Positions 48,652 through 60,160 of a DNA stretch of 64,000 nt are shown here, one piece after another. The DNA lies in assembly GCA_963705725.1 (NCBI GenBank), contig CAVPKM010000016.1, positions 1 through 64,000 on the forward strand. The letters are read 5' to 3'. The notes beneath the pieces were generated by a model, which saw nothing but the letters and a program-made list of their open reading frames with translations, was not told the DNA's origin and searched no databases. Source of the DNA: an uncultured Gammaproteobacteria bacterium. Lineage in GTDB: Bacteria; Pseudomonadota; Gammaproteobacteria; UBA6002. Position 1 is the first letter of the stretch. Each line of letters begins with the position of its first letter. The translations under genes were made by a program, and so were the position numbers.

Positions 48652-50073
48652 TTGATGGCAAAAATTCTCTGTTTTATTCTTAGCAGCTTATTATGCTGGT
48701 CTTCAGCCGCTAGTGCAGCGGATTTAATCGATGTATATTGTGAAGCAGTAGCGTGTGATCCAAAATTCAATGCAGATTATGCCGCGCTGTTAGCAAATCG
48801 CCAAGCCATCCCAATTAGCCGCGCTGAGCTTCTTCCTCGATTAGATATTCATGCTGAAGTGTCAAGAGAGAAAACTAAGCTACAAGGGATTAACTTTTCT
48901 GATTTTCAATCAACAGGTGTTTTTATACCCCATGAGTCAACAAAAACCTTTTATCAAAACGTGGTTTATTATTATCTCAAACTTTCTCAACCGGTTTTCA
49001 ATTATAAAAGCTTCTCGCAGTTAAAGCAGTCAAAAGCCACCGTGTTACAAGCGGAGGCGACATTCTGCGCTTCGACTCAAGATTTAATCTCCAGGGTGGC
49101 ACGCGCCTATTTCGACATATTAATTGCTGATACAAATTTATTTTATACTCGCCAACACAAAAAAGCCGTAGCTGAACAATTAAGACAAACACGAATAGAG
49201 TTTAAAGTAGGCACCGTTCCGATTACCAATGTTTATGAAGCAAAGGCAGCTTATGACCTGGTTGTCGCACAAGAAGTATCAGATCGCTACGCGCTTGCAT
49301 CAAAAATTGAAGTATTACGTACGATCACAGGACACCTCTATTGCAATTTGAAAGGATTAAGTGCGTATCTACCGCTTATCGTCCCAGACCCAAAAGATAT
49401 CAATGGATGGGCTTGCTCAGCAGAAAAACAAAACTGGCAATTATTAGCGGCGCGTTACAGCGCTTTGGCAACAAGAGAAAATATCAAGATTCAAGCAAGT
49501 GATAGCTTGCCCGTTATCAATTCTTATGGCCAATATACTTTTAATTATCTCAGTAATTTTCAAGGAAGCGGGATATTAAGTAGGGAAAGAGATATCGAAG
49601 CAGGGGTTGAATTAAACTGGAGTCCAATTAGAGGCGGAGGGATTAGAGCAAGAACCACACAAGCTCAATACCAATACCAACAGGCAATGGATCAGCAAGA
49701 ACAAATACACCGAAAAGTAGTGTCAGATGCAAGAAATGCTTATTTGGGTATCTTCACAGGAATTGCCGAGGTCAAAGCCTACCGAGAAGCAGTGCGATCA
49801 GGTGAGGTCTCTTTAAAAGCAACCATTGAAAGCTATAAAGTTGGATTGAGAACGATTTTGGATGTACTCAATCAAGAAACTCAACTTTATCAGGCAGAGA
49901 AAAATTTTGCCCAAGCACGTTATGATTATATTTATCAAATAATTTTATTAAAACAAGCAGCGGGCACCCTAAATTTGACTGATTTGCAGCATATTAATAC
50001 GTGGCTGTATTCTACCGTCGATATTGCAAATTACGATGCCTTACTAGACGGCTGCTTAGATGCACAGTTTTGA
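48652..50073 (+). CDS. tolC: TolC-family outer-membrane channel
   Basis: Signal peptide, LSQPVF, RVARAYFDIL, GLRTILDVL, ARYDY. Confidence 0.92.
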   Translation: MMAKILCFILSSLLCWSSAASAADLIDVYCEAVACDPKFNADYAALLANRQAIPISRAELLPRLDIHAEVSREKTKLQGINFSDFQSTGVFIPHESTKTFYQNVVYYYLKLSQPVFNYKSFSQLKQSKATVLQAEATFCASTQDLISRVARAYFDILIADTNLFYTRQHKKAVAEQLRQTRIEFKVGTVPITNVYEAKAAYDLVVAQEVSDRYALASKIEVLRTITGHLYCNLKGLSAYLPLIVPDPKDINGWACSAEKQNWQLLAARYSALATRENIKIQASDSLPVINSYGQYTFNYLSNFQGSGILSRERDIEAGVELNWSPIRGGGIRARTTQAQYQYQQAMDQQEQIHRKVVSDARNAYLGIFTGIAEVKAYREAVRSGEVSLKATIESYKVGLRTILDVLNQETQLYQAEKNFAQARYDYIYQIILLKQAAGTLNLTDLQHINTWLYSTVDIANYDALLDGCLDAQF

Positions 50074-50077
50074 TGAA

Positions 50078-51343
50078 TTATACTAACAGGTTTGATATAG
50101 CTTGTAGGTGGCGATCAGTCGCGCCTTGATTTTTTTCAATCACGCCAAAACCTTTTTCACCGATATGGTGGCTAAAAGCTTTATCCTTCAATAAGCCCTT
50201 AGCAATCGTGGTGATAGCGGTAGTGTTAGCGCCAATCTGAAGCGCCCCCGTTTCTTGCAGTAAGCGGCTAATTAAAGTGAAATTGAAAAGGTGAGGTCCT
50301 GTAACCAGGGGCAACCTTAAGCATGCAGGCTCTAGTAAATTATGCCCTCCTACTGGGACGAGGCTTCCACCTACAAAGGCGAGGTCTGCAAGCCCGTAAT
50401 AAAAATATAGCTCTCCCATTGAATCCCCTAAAAACACCTGGGTTTGTGCAGTAGGTAGCGATTGATGGCTTCTTCTAGCTACAACATATTTTCTTTTGAG
50501 ACACAAATTTGCTACTTCATCGAAGCGTTCAGGGTGCCTTGGGACTAAGATTAGCAATATATTGGGGAATTCTATTCGTAAATTTTCATAAACTTCCAGT
50601 AACTGCTCCTCTTCATTCGAGTGGGTACTGGCAGCAACAAAAATATGATCGAAGGGCAATCGCTTTCTAAATGCTTGACTCGCTTTTATCTGAGATTCTG
50701 GTGGTTGAATATCAAATTTCAAATTACCCAATACCTTGATTTGAGTTTCTGATGCGCCAAGCGCCAAAAATCGCGCGGCATCTTCCTGGCTTTGTGCTGC
50801 AATAATCGATAGCTGCTTAAGCAATGCAGCAATCATGAAGGAGATTTTTTGATAACCTGTTAATGATTTGGGAGATAATCTTGCATTAGCCAGCAAAAGA
50901 GGAAGCCCCTTTTTCCCTGCAGTAGCAAGTAAGTTTGGCCATAGTTCAGTTTCCATGATTATCCCGATTTTTGGATGAAAATAATCGAAAAATCGATTAA
51001 ATGCAGCGGGAAAATCATAAGGCAGGTAGTGATGATGTATTTGCGTATCCTTCAGCCAGGTTGTCTGAACCCTCAAAGCACCAGTTACAGTCATAGTGGT
51101 GATAACGATTGGCATTTTTGGATAGGCAATTTTAAGTTTCTTTAATAAGGGTTCTGCAGCCACTGCCTCACCATATGAAACAGCATGCAGCCAAATTGAT
51201 TGATTCATATTTTTGCCCGAATAAAACCCCAGGCGCTCTTTTAAACGAAAGAGTTGATCTTTATTTTTTCTCGCACGCCAAGCCGCTCGAGCAAGAATAA
51301 AAGGCAATAAGAGATAAAGAGCAAATGTATAAATTTTTCTCAT
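50078..51343 (-). CDS. waaA: Kdo transferase
   Basis: WLHAVSYGE, METELWPN, GNLKFD, VPRHPERF, GGHNLLEP. Confidence 0.95.
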   Translation of the reverse strand: MRKIYTFALYLLLPFILARAAWRARKNKDQLFRLKERLGFYSGKNMNQSIWLHAVSYGEAVAAEPLLKKLKIAYPKMPIVITTMTVTGALRVQTTWLKDTQIHHHYLPYDFPAAFNRFFDYFHPKIGIIMETELWPNLLATAGKKGLPLLLANARLSPKSLTGYQKISFMIAALLKQLSIIAAQSQEDAARFLALGASETQIKVLGNLKFDIQPPESQIKASQAFRKRLPFDHIFVAASTHSNEEEQLLEVYENLRIEFPNILLILVPRHPERFDEVANLCLKRKYVVARRSHQSLPTAQTQVFLGDSMGELYFYYGLADLAFVGGSLVPVGGHNLLEPACLRLPLVTGPHLFNFTLISRLLQETGALQIGANTTAITTIAKGLLKDKAFSHHIGEKGFGVIEKNQGATDRHLQAISNLLV

Positions 51344-51403
51344 GGCTAATCTTAATGATATTCATTTGGGGTTATTGTATAGTGAGTCGCATCGAATTGA
51401 TAG

Positions 51404-51664
51404 TTGAGCGATAATCATATGGATTTTTTATTATTTCGAAAAATGTTAATGCCATTATTAACACAATTTCTTTTCTGGTTAGGATTGATAACCTGTATTG
51501 CAGGTGCTTTCTATAGTTTTCTACATCATGCTTACCACCATGGCTTAGAGGTGTTAATTTTGGGCCCCATTATCTTGCGGCTTTTTTGTGAATTTTTAAT
51601 CGTAATTTTTAGAATTAATGAGACGCTAACAGAACTAAAAAATGCTGTACAACGAAGAGTTTAA
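51404..51664 (+). CDS. Small membrane protein, DUF4282-like
   Basis: FRKMLMP, LRLFCEFLIVIFRINETL. Confidence 0.7.
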   Translation: MSDNHMDFLLFRKMLMPLLTQFLFWLGLITCIAGAFYSFLHHAYHHGLEVLILGPIILRLFCEFLIVIFRINETLTELKNAVQRRV

Positions 51665-51691
51665 GGTGTACAAAGCTCAAGTGCGTTTCAT

Positions 51692-52333
51692 TTGGAGTCG
51701 TTTGGTATGTTGAAAAAGTTAATCCCGCAAGAGAAAGGCTTTTTTGTTTTTTTTCAAGAAGTTGCTGAAAGGGCATTACATGCTGCTGGGCATTTTAGTC
51801 GTCTAATTTGCAACTTGGAACAGCCTGATGCACATGTTGCCATGATTGAACAAGATGCAAAAGAAGGCGACGAAATTACGCGACAAACATTTGATTTGTT
51901 GCACCAAAGTTTTATTACTCCTTTTGACAGATATGATATTCATAAGTTGGCCAGTAACTTGGATGATGTTCTGGACTTACTGAATACCACTGCACAAAAG
52001 ATCATTCTCTATCAAATACAAAATCTTAGGCAAGAGATAGCCAATTTAGCGGAATTATTTCTACAAATTGCCAAGCTTGTTAAATTGGCGGTAGGTCATT
52101 TACACTCCCTTAAAAAAGGCGATCAAATTTTACAATATTGTCGTGATATTCTTAAACTTCGAAATGAAAGTGAGGATCTGGTATTGAGGGGAGTGGCTAA
52201 ATTATTCGAAGAAGAAACAGATATAAAAAATCTTTTAAAAACCAAAGAAATTTTCGAATCGATTAAACGCATGACCGATAAATCTCAAAACCTAGCGAAT
52301 ATCATGAAGGGCATCGTTCTCGAGTATGCATAG
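51692..52333 (+). CDS. DUF47 / PhoU-like Pit accessory protein
   Basis: SFITPFDRYDI, LDDVLD; upstream of a Pit transporter. Confidence 0.88.
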   Translation: MESFGMLKKLIPQEKGFFVFFQEVAERALHAAGHFSRLICNLEQPDAHVAMIEQDAKEGDEITRQTFDLLHQSFITPFDRYDIHKLASNLDDVLDLLNTTAQKIILYQIQNLRQEIANLAELFLQIAKLVKLAVGHLHSLKKGDQILQYCRDILKLRNESEDLVLRGVAKLFEEETDIKNLLKTKEIFESIKRMTDKSQNLANIMKGIVLEYA

Positions 52334-53336
52334 TATGATCATTTTTGTCGTTTTTATTATTGTTTTAGCGCTGTTCTTCGATTTCCTTAATGGATTTCAT
52401 GATGCCGCGAATTCTATCGCCACCATTGTATCAACTCGCGTCTTAAAACCTTACTTGGCAGTAGCGTGGGCAGCTTTTTTTAACTTCATTGCTTTTTTAT
52501 TTTTTAAATTAGATGTGGCAACTACCATCGGAACCGGCATTATCGATCCCGCTATTATCAATCCACATTTAGTTTGCGCTGCATTAGTAGGTGCTATCAT
52601 CTGGAACATTATTACCTGGTATTATGGCTTGCCTTCCAGTTCTTCCCATGCGCTGTTTGGCGGACTACTCGGCGCAGGTCTTGCAAGTGCTCATGGAAAT
52701 TTGCATGTCATCAATATAGTGGGGATCACAAAGATTTTTTCTGCTATTTTTCTCTCGCCGGTGCTCGGATTTTTCTTTGGCATCGCGCTGATGTTTATCA
52801 TTGTTCATCTTTTCTGGCGAATGCCGCGCTTTAAATCCGACAAACTATTTAAAAGACTCCAACTGATCTCTGCTGCCTTAATCAGTTTAGGGCATGGCGG
52901 CAACGATGCACAAAAAACCATGGGTGTGATTGCTGTACTACTTTTTTCCAGCCATTTGATCGGCAATAAATTTTTTGTTCCGATATGGGTAGTGATTACT
53001 TGCAATTTTTTTATGGCGCTTGGCACGCTTTTTGGTGGCTGGAAAATAGTGAGAACAATGGGAATGCGAATTACGAAATTGAGACCCGTGAGTGGTTTTT
53101 GTGCTGAAACAGCCAGTTCGCTTACTTTATTTTTAGCCACTCATCTTGGAATTCCTGTTTCTACCACTCATACCATTGCCGGCTCGATTTTTGGAGCAGG
53201 CAGCCTTTCTAGCTTTTCAGCGGTACGCTGGGGAATTGCTAAACGAATCGTTTGGGCTTGGATTATCACCGTCCCAGCCTCTGCCCTGGTTGCCCTCTGC
53301 TCATGGTGGTTCCTGTATTTTATTCCAGGTATTTGA
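52326..53336 (+). CDS. Inorganic phosphate transporter (PiT family)
   Basis: NGFHDAAN, PSSSSH, HGGNDAQK, PVSTTH. Confidence 0.93.
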   Translation: MHSMIIFVVFIIVLALFFDFLNGFHDAANSIATIVSTRVLKPYLAVAWAAFFNFIAFLFFKLDVATTIGTGIIDPAIINPHLVCAALVGAIIWNIITWYYGLPSSSSHALFGGLLGAGLASAHGNLHVINIVGITKIFSAIFLSPVLGFFFGIALMFIIVHLFWRMPRFKSDKLFKRLQLISAALISLGHGGNDAQKTMGVIAVLLFSSHLIGNKFFVPIWVVITCNFFMALGTLFGGWKIVRTMGMRITKLRPVSGFCAETASSLTLFLATHLGIPVSTTHTIAGSIFGAGSLSSFSAVRWGIAKRIVWAWIITVPASALVALCSWWFLYFIPGI

Positions 53337-53420
53337 ACTCCCTTCGCTCGCCTAGCCTAAAAATCTGTTCATAGATAGATGGTCTACACTTAAATGATCA
53401 ATATATCGAAGGAACAAATT

Positions 53421-54275
53421 ATGTGCCGCTTCATTGCCTATGTTGGAAACCCTATACTGCTAGATGATATCTTATATAAACCGCGAAATTCCTTAATACA
53501 ACAAAGCATCCGCGCCAGGGAAACTGAAGAACCACTTAATGGAGATGGATTTGGAATAGGCTGGTACGCACATGAAATTAATGTTACTCCCGCTATCTAT
53601 GCCTCTATTTCGCCCGCATGGAATGATCGCAACCTACATTATATGTCTAAAAAAATTCGTTCTAATTGTATTTTTGCCCATGTCAGAGCAGCAAGTACGG
53701 GAGGCGTTTCTTTTTTTAACTGTCACCCTTTTCACTATCATCGGTTTTTATTTATGCACAATGGAGATATAGCGGATTTCGCTAAAATTAAACGACAATT
53801 ACGACGAGGATTAACTGATAGCACTTATTCTTGGATCCAAGGTCAAACTGACTCCGAACACCTATTTGCAAAATATATCGATATCTTCAACAAGCGAGCT
53901 TATCACTATACAGCGGAAGAAATGGCCGATGCACTAATAGAAACGATTGATGAAATCAAACATCTTCAACATAAACAGCACGTAAGAGGGGTAAACTACA
54001 TTAACGCCGCGATTACCGATGGAAGAAGTATCGTGGCAATACGCTATGTTTCTAATAAAAAACAGAAAGCCCCTTCGTTACACTTTTCTGAAGGGAGCCA
54101 CTTTATCTACGACAACCACGCCTGCCACATGCGACCTTCAACAGGAGAAAATGGTGCGGTATTGGTTGTTTCAGAGGTATTAAATAGTTTTAAAGCCGAA
54201 TGGCAAGAAATTCCCACTAATCATATTTTATTAGTAAGAGATGATTTGAGTGTCAAGTTATCTCCCATCAAGTAG
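53421..54275 (+). CDS. Class II glutamine amidotransferase (EgtC/Dug3-like Ntn hydrolase)
   Basis: MCRF start, NGDGFGIGWY, AHVRAAS, NCHPF, FMHNG, GQTDSE. Confidence 0.88.
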   Translation: MCRFIAYVGNPILLDDILYKPRNSLIQQSIRARETEEPLNGDGFGIGWYAHEINVTPAIYASISPAWNDRNLHYMSKKIRSNCIFAHVRAASTGGVSFFNCHPFHYHRFLFMHNGDIADFAKIKRQLRRGLTDSTYSWIQGQTDSEHLFAKYIDIFNKRAYHYTAEEMADALIETIDEIKHLQHKQHVRGVNYINAAITDGRSIVAIRYVSNKKQKAPSLHFSEGSHFIYDNHACHMRPSTGENGAVLVVSEVLNSFKAEWQEIPTNHILLVRDDLSVKLSPIK

Positions 54276-54305
54276 CTGCCATCCGAAAGCATGGGTCAAA
54301 TCGTA

Positions 54306-55268
54306 TTACACATTGGTATAATTAAAACTCAATACGTCAGCAATATGTTTTTTACCTAGCGCTATACAAATTAATCGATCGACACCCAGTGCCACGCCAG
54401 CACAAAATGGTAAGCTTGCAAGTGCTTGGAGCAATAATTCGTCAATGGGGATGATTTCCAGGTTTTTGCTTTTTCTGATCGCATTATCCTGTTCAAAACG
54501 TATTCTTTGTTCCTGAGGGTGGCTTAACTCCTGATAACCATTTGCAAGCTCCATACCTTGATAGTAAAGCTCGAACCTTTCCCCCACCGCATAGTTTTCT
54601 TCCATTCTAATTTTGGCTAACGCAGCCTGATCTGCAGGATAATCATAAATAAAGATGGGTTTTTGGGATCCGAGTTCAGGCTCGATAAGATGAGTTAACA
54701 AGAGATCTAGCCAAAGACTCTTGGTTTCTTCTTGATCGCTTTGCAAGTCAATGCCATGCTGTATCGCCAATTTTTTTAAAACTGTATGAGTAGCCGTATG
54801 TGGATTGATGCCGACATACGATTCAAAAAGCTTTCGGTAGGATATTCTGTCAGCAGGTTTGGTTTTTAAAATTAGATCAAGCAATTCATCAATTTCATCC
54901 ATTAATGAGTGATAAGTCATGCCAACTCGATACCATTCAAGCATGGTGAATTCTGGGTTATGTTTGCTACCGCATTCATTATTTCTAAACACCTTACCCA
55001 TTTGGTAAATCGAACCATAGCCTGCAGCGAGCATACGCTTCATAGGGAATTCTGGTGATGTCTGAAGGTAGACGGATTTCGATAGGCAAGGGCCAGAACT
55101 ATGTAGGGTGGTTTTAAAACTTTCTAAATGAGGATCGGTAGCCGTACTGTGATAAAGCAGTGGCGTTTCAACTTCTAAGACATTGCGCTTTTCAAAAAAA
55201 CAACGAATTTTTTTTATAATGTTTGCTCTTTGCTGGAGAGCAGAAAGCGAAGCAGTAGGTTTCCACAT
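54306..55268 (-). CDS. epmA: EF-P lysine-34 beta-lysine ligase
   Basis: LQTSPEFPMKR, HNPEFTMLEWYR, ERFELY, GVALGVDRL; follows efp. Confidence 0.95.
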   Translation of the reverse strand: MWKPTASLSALQQRANIIKKIRCFFEKRNVLEVETPLLYHSTATDPHLESFKTTLHSSGPCLSKSVYLQTSPEFPMKRMLAAGYGSIYQMGKVFRNNECGSKHNPEFTMLEWYRVGMTYHSLMDEIDELLDLILKTKPADRISYRKLFESYVGINPHTATHTVLKKLAIQHGIDLQSDQEETKSLWLDLLLTHLIEPELGSQKPIFIYDYPADQAALAKIRMEENYAVGERFELYYQGMELANGYQELSHPQEQRIRFEQDNAIRKSKNLEIIPIDELLLQALASLPFCAGVALGVDRLICIALGKKHIADVLSFNYTNV

Positions 55269-55835
55269 TTATTTTACTCGAGAAACATAATCTCCGGTTC
55301 GTGTATCCACTTTTAACACATCTCCAGTATCAACAAATAAGGGTACTTTGATGACTGCACCTGTTTCAAGGGTAGCTGGCTTATTGCCACCACTTACGGT
55401 ATCACCTTTAATTCCCGGATCTGTTTCAATCACTTTGAGATTGACAAAGTTAGGAGCGGCGACAGTGAGAGGGTAGCCATTCCACATGGTAACGGTACAA
55501 TAATCTTGTTCTTTTAGCCATTGCTTAGCCTCGCCCACGATATTTTCCGAAGCGACATGCTGTTCAAAGGTATCCGGTGACATGAAATGCCAAAACTCCC
55601 CATCATTGTAAAGGTATTGCATTTCAGTTTCACTGACATCCGCACCAGGCAAGGTATCCCCTGATTTAAATGTTTTATCAAGTGTTCGACCTGTTTTGAG
55701 ATTGCGGTATTTTACGCGATTAAAAGCCTGACCTTTGCCAGGTTTTACGTATTCATTTTCCAAAATAGAACATGGATCATTGTCGATAATAACCTTTAAT
55801 CCGCCCTTGAAGTCATTCGTGCTATATGTCCCCAT
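55269..55835 (-). CDS. efp: Elongation factor P
   Basis: [26 protein letters not shown]. Confidence 0.97.
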   Translation of the reverse strand: MGTYSTNDFKGGLKVIIDNDPCSILENEYVKPGKGQAFNRVKYRNLKTGRTLDKTFKSGDTLPGADVSETEMQYLYNDGEFWHFMSPDTFEQHVASENIVGEAKQWLKEQDYCTVTMWNGYPLTVAAPNFVNLKVIETDPGIKGDTVSGGNKPATLETGAVIKVPLFVDTGDVLKVDTRTGDYVSRVK

Positions 55836-55872
55836 TAAATTATTCCTTACCATTTTTACCTATTTAAAATAG

Positions 55873-56379
55873 TTACTTAAATTCTTCATCCGCCTGTTCA
55901 ATTTGCCGCTGAGCATATCGTCTAAACAAGAGAGGATGGGGAATATTAGGAAATGGATCCTTACTTCCTCCCGTTCCACTTACAATAATCGTACCATAAT
56001 CGAAAAAACGACCGATGATTGATTGATAAACATGAATACTTTCAACACGCTGTAATAATATTTCCAGAGACATTCGACTAATAAAGCCAACTTTCATTAA
56101 AATTCGTCGATTTGTGATGCCATATTCTGATGTCTGATAAACCACGTAAGCCATCGTTCCTGAGATGGCAGATACAATGAGTACAAAGATTCCTAATAAA
56201 TCAGTTAATGAATAACTTCCATATAAAGGTGAATTGGCAAATGGATATTGTGGAGCAAATATAAAAATACAAATAGCCAAGAAGAACCAGCCAATCGCAG
56301 GAGTGAAAATTATCCAATGAGGCTTAGTTCGATAAAGCAATCTTTCATCTCGAATTAATGTCTCCTCGATATAGCTCAT
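55873..56379 (-). CDS. Bacterial PH-domain membrane protein
   Basis: Two TM helices then [21 protein letters not shown]. Confidence 0.8.
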   Translation of the reverse strand: MSYIEETLIRDERLLYRTKPHWIIFTPAIGWFFLAICIFIFAPQYPFANSPLYGSYSLTDLLGIFVLIVSAISGTMAYVVYQTSEYGITNRRILMKVGFISRMSLEILLQRVESIHVYQSIIGRFFDYGTIIVSGTGGSKDPFPNIPHPLLFRRYAQRQIEQADEEFK

Positions 56380-58622
56380 TTCAAGCTTCCTTCTTTGACA
56401 CCTAATCGGGTAGCGAGTCTTATTCCCCGCGGCAAAATTTGACCTCTTCTTGCACGCTCTCCCTGGTAACTAGCTAGGTCTTTTGGTTTGATTATCAGTT
56501 GCTTTGTATCTGCAAACACAATCAAGGATTGATTGGCACTAAGCGTTTGAATATCGACCAGGTATTCGCCCGGTAGCACGCCTTTAGCCGGAGGTAAATT
56601 TATCATTTTATTGCCCTTACCACGGGGTAATTGTGGTAAATCGGAAACAGGAAATATCAGTAGATGCCCGCTTGACGAAAGCAATGCGACAACATCCTCT
56701 TTTTGTGATTGCACCAACCTTGGTATCAAACCTTTAGCATTTTTAGGCAAGGTCAACACAGTTTTTCCTGCTCGATTTTTACTGTATAAATTTTGCAGTT
56801 CACAAATAAACCCATAGCCCGCATTCGACGCCAATAATACCAATTGTGAAGGCTCTCCTATCAGCACACCAGTAAATATCGCATTATCGGGCGGGTTAAA
56901 GCGCCCAGTCAACGGCTCACCTTGCCCCCTTGCCGAAGGCAACGAATGTGCCAGAAGCGAATAGCTGCGGCCCGTTGAATCCAGTAATACGGCTTGTTGA
57001 TTACTTCTGCCTTTTGCACTCATCAAAAAACCATCACCTGCCTTATAGTTCAAGGTCAAGGGGTCAATTTCATGTCCTTTTCCAGCACGTATCCATCCTT
57101 TTTCCGAAAGGATGACAGTGATGAGCTCGGTTGGCAGCACTTCCTCTTCTCGCAAAGCATGCGCTTCTTCTCGCCTGACAAGCATGGAATTGCGTTCATC
57201 ACCATACTTTTCCCTATCCTCAAGCATTTCCTCTCGAATCATTAAGTTTAGGCGTTGTTGAGAGCTTAATGTTTTCTCTATTTCTACTTTCTCTTGACTT
57301 AATTCCCGTTGTTCTCCCTTAATTTTCACCTCTTCTAATTTAGCCAGTTGTTTTAATTTTAACTCTAAGATGGCTTCAGCTTGTATGACGGTTAAATTAA
57401 AACGCGTGATTAATTTTGCTTTAGGATCATCTTCGTGCCGAATAATTGCGATCACTTCATCGAGGTTAAGAAAAGCAATAAGGAGACCATCTAAAATATG
57501 CAATCGCGATAAGACCTTGTCTAGACGATATTCTAAACGCTTTCGTAATGTCTGCACTCGAAATGCCAACCACTCCTGAAGTAGGTATAAAAGATTTTTA
57601 ATCTGTGGCTTATCATTAGTGCCAATCATATTCAGATTGACGCGATAGCTTCTCTCAAGATCTGTTGTGGCAAACAAGTGCGCCATCAAAGCATCGATGT
57701 CTATTCGATTAGAACGCGGCGTAATCACTAATCGAGTGGGATTTTCATGATCAGATTCGTCGCGTAAGTCGGCAATCATAGGTAATTTTTTTGCTTGCAT
57801 TTGCGCGGCAATTTGCTCGAGTATCTTGGATCCAGAAGTTTGATGAGGCAGCGCCGTGATAATAATATCTTCCTCCTCTTTCTGAAAAACTGCCCGCATT
57901 CGTAAGTTACCCGTTCCTTTTCGGTAAATTTCAACAATTTCTTCATGGGCTGTAATGATTTCGGCCTTGGTTGGAAAATCTGGTCCTTGTATATACTGGC
58001 AGATATCTTCAAGTGTCGCTTTAGGATGATCAATTAAATGAAGCAAGGCGTCCACCACCTCCCGAAGGTTGTGAGGGGGGATGTCTGTTGTCATGCCTAC
58101 CGCAATTCCAGTCGCACCATTTAGGAGGAGGTTAGGTAACCTTGCAGGTAACAAGGTCGGTTCCTCGAGCGTGCCATCGAAATTGGGCAGCCAATCGACC
58201 GTGCCCTGTTCAACTTCTGCCAATAACACATCAGCATATCTAGAAAGACGAGATTCTGTATAACGCATAGCAGCAAAAGATTTTGGATCATCGGGTGATC
58301 CCCAGTTTCCCTGACCATCAATTAAGGGATAGCGATAGGAAAAATCTTGCGCCATTAACACCATGGCCTCGTAGCAAGCAGCATCTCCATGAGGATGAAA
58401 TTTCCCCAGCACATCGCCCACCGCTCGTGCTGATTTTTTATATTTTGCACCCGCTTTTAAGCCTAAATCAGACATGGCATAAATGATTCTTCTTTGCACA
58501 GGTTTCAGACCATCGCCGATATGGGGAAGTGCTCGGTCCAATATGACATACATTGAATAATCAAGATAAGCTTTTTCTGTGAATTCCTTTAATGGTAAAT
58601 TTTCGAATTCGATGGTAGTCAT
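56376..58622 (-). CDS. parC: Topoisomerase IV subunit A
   Basis: [32 protein letters not shown]. Confidence 0.97.
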   Translation of the reverse strand: MTTIEFENLPLKEFTEKAYLDYSMYVILDRALPHIGDGLKPVQRRIIYAMSDLGLKAGAKYKKSARAVGDVLGKFHPHGDAACYEAMVLMAQDFSYRYPLIDGQGNWGSPDDPKSFAAMRYTESRLSRYADVLLAEVEQGTVDWLPNFDGTLEEPTLLPARLPNLLLNGATGIAVGMTTDIPPHNLREVVDALLHLIDHPKATLEDICQYIQGPDFPTKAEIITAHEEIVEIYRKGTGNLRMRAVFQKEEEDIIITALPHQTSGSKILEQIAAQMQAKKLPMIADLRDESDHENPTRLVITPRSNRIDIDALMAHLFATTDLERSYRVNLNMIGTNDKPQIKNLLYLLQEWLAFRVQTLRKRLEYRLDKVLSRLHILDGLLIAFLNLDEVIAIIRHEDDPKAKLITRFNLTVIQAEAILELKLKQLAKLEEVKIKGEQRELSQEKVEIEKTLSSQQRLNLMIREEMLEDREKYGDERNSMLVRREEAHALREEEVLPTELITVILSEKGWIRAGKGHEIDPLTLNYKAGDGFLMSAKGRSNQQAVLLDSTGRSYSLLAHSLPSARGQGEPLTGRFNPPDNAIFTGVLIGEPSQLVLLASNAGYGFICELQNLYSKNRAGKTVLTLPKNAKGLIPRLVQSQKEDVVALLSSSGHLLIFPVSDLPQLPRGKGNKMINLPPAKGVLPGEYLVDIQTLSANQSLIVFADTKQLIIKPKDLASYQGERARRGQILPRGIRLATRLGVKEGSLK

Positions 58623-58650
58623 CTCAATAAACCTAATATATATTAATTAG

Positions 58651-58693
58651 GTAACTATTCAGCACAGGATTGAGTCCATAGCTGAATAATTAC
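58651..58693. repeat. Palindromic GTAACTATT element, copy 2
   Basis: GTAACTATTCAGC-ACAGGATTGAGTCCATA-GCTGAATAATTAC. Confidence 0.6.
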
Positions 58694-58765
58694 TTTGAAT
58701 CAGCAAGTGTAACGATTGATTCAATGAGATGCAAACCAGGTTTAAAGGGCTTTGAGTGAGGATAA

Positions 58766-59407
58766 ATGTATAAGCGTAACCTATCGATACTAGATCATTT
58801 CATCATTGCGGTGGATAATGGCGTGCGCTCAATATTTAGTCATCCAACTGCTAGTCGAAATAATCCCGCTGACGGTATAAAAGAACCCCTCTTAACTCCC
58901 AGCGAAAAAAAACATAGTCGCGCATTGATGCGCATTAATCATGCTGGAGAAATCTCTGCGCAGGCTTTGTATTATGGTCAGGCAGAAGCGGCTCGCAGCC
59001 CAAATATTAAAGCAATTTTACTGCAATCCGGAGAAGAAGAATCCGATCATTTAGCTTGGTGTCAAGAACGATTGACAGAACTCCAGGGCCATACGAGTTT
59101 TTTCAATCCCCTTTGGTATATCAGCTCCTACCTACTAGGCCTTATTATGGGCGCAATCAATGATAAATGGAGTTTAGGCTTTGTGGTCGAAACAGAACGT
59201 CAAGTAGAAGAACATTTGAAAAAACAATTAATGCAATTGCCATTGGGTGATCATAAAAGTGAACGCATCATCCAACAAATGCGCGAAGATGAGTCTCATC
59301 ATGCCACCAATGCTATTGCTGCCGGGGCAATCGAATTGCCCTTAGCCATCAAGCAGTTGATGAAGGTTCTGTCAAAAATAATGATAAAAATCACTTATTA
59401 TATATAA
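58766..59407 (+). CDS. coq7: Demethoxyubiquinone hydroxylase (Coq7 di-iron)
   Basis: MRINHAGEISAQALY, EESDHLAWC, ETERQVEEHL, EDESHH. Confidence 0.93.
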   Translation: MYKRNLSILDHFIIAVDNGVRSIFSHPTASRNNPADGIKEPLLTPSEKKHSRALMRINHAGEISAQALYYGQAEAARSPNIKAILLQSGEEESDHLAWCQERLTELQGHTSFFNPLWYISSYLLGLIMGAINDKWSLGFVVETERQVEEHLKKQLMQLPLGDHKSERIIQQMREDESHHATNAIAAGAIELPLAIKQLMKVLSKIMIKITYYI

Positions 59408-59414
59408 AATTTTC

Positions 59415-59451
59415 AACTATTCAGCACAAATGCTAGCACTCGCTAAACGTT
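59415..59451. repeat. Degenerate third copy of the GTAACTATT element
   Basis: AACTATTCAGCACA identical to 58653-58666; eroded right arm GCTAAACGTT. Confidence 0.45.
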
Positions 59452-59480
59452 CAGATTTTAGCCAGATTCGGATAAAAAAT

Positions 59481-60155
59481 TTAATGAATAATGCTAACTA
59501 ACTCAGCCTTCAACCGCGCAATAGTGGCCTGATAATCATCGGCATGAAAAATCCCCGTTCCTAAAACGAAAGTATCCGCTCCTTCCTTTGCTATCTGCGC
59601 AATGTTTTCTATTTTTACTCCCCCATCCACTTCAAGACGAATAGGGTGTTCTGCTTGTTGAATAATTTGATAAGCCTGCCGAATTTTTCTCAAGCTTTGC
59701 GAGATAAAAGCTTGTCCACCAAAACCGGGATTAACGGACATCAGTAATACCATATCTAATTTATCAAGGGTGTGATCTAAATAACTGAGGGGAGTACTGG
59801 GATTAAAAGCTAGGCCTGCAAAGCATCCAAGATCTCTAATTAACTGCAAGCTTCGATCGAGATGAAAACTGGCTTCAGGATGAATGGTAATATAGGTTGC
59901 ACCAGCTTTAGCAAATTCAACAATTAATGAATCAACTGGAGTAGTCATTAGATGAACATCAATTGGAGCATCAATTCCAAATTTTCTAAGCGCCGAACAA
60001 ACCATTGGTCCTATAGTTAAACTTGGCACATAGTGATTATCCATTACATCGAAATGAATTAAATCTGCTCCTGCTGCCAACACTTTTTCCACGTCTTCAC
60101 CCAAATTTGCAAAATCAGCAGAAAGTATGGAAGCCGCAATTTTAAAATATTTCAT
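59481..60155 (-). CDS. rpe: Ribulose-phosphate 3-epimerase
   Basis: [28 protein letters not shown]. Confidence 0.96.
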   Translation of the reverse strand: MKYFKIAASILSADFANLGEDVEKVLAAGADLIHFDVMDNHYVPSLTIGPMVCSALRKFGIDAPIDVHLMTTPVDSLIVEFAKAGATYITIHPEASFHLDRSLQLIRDLGCFAGLAFNPSTPLSYLDHTLDKLDMVLLMSVNPGFGGQAFISQSLRKIRQAYQIIQQAEHPIRLEVDGGVKIENIAQIAKEGADTFVLGTGIFHADDYQATIARLKAELVSIIH

Positions 60156-60160
60156 GATCT

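Noticed and set aside
53421-54275. Ergothioneine biosynthesis cluster
   Set aside because: Only an EgtC/Dug3-like hydrolase is present; no egtB or egtD nearby.
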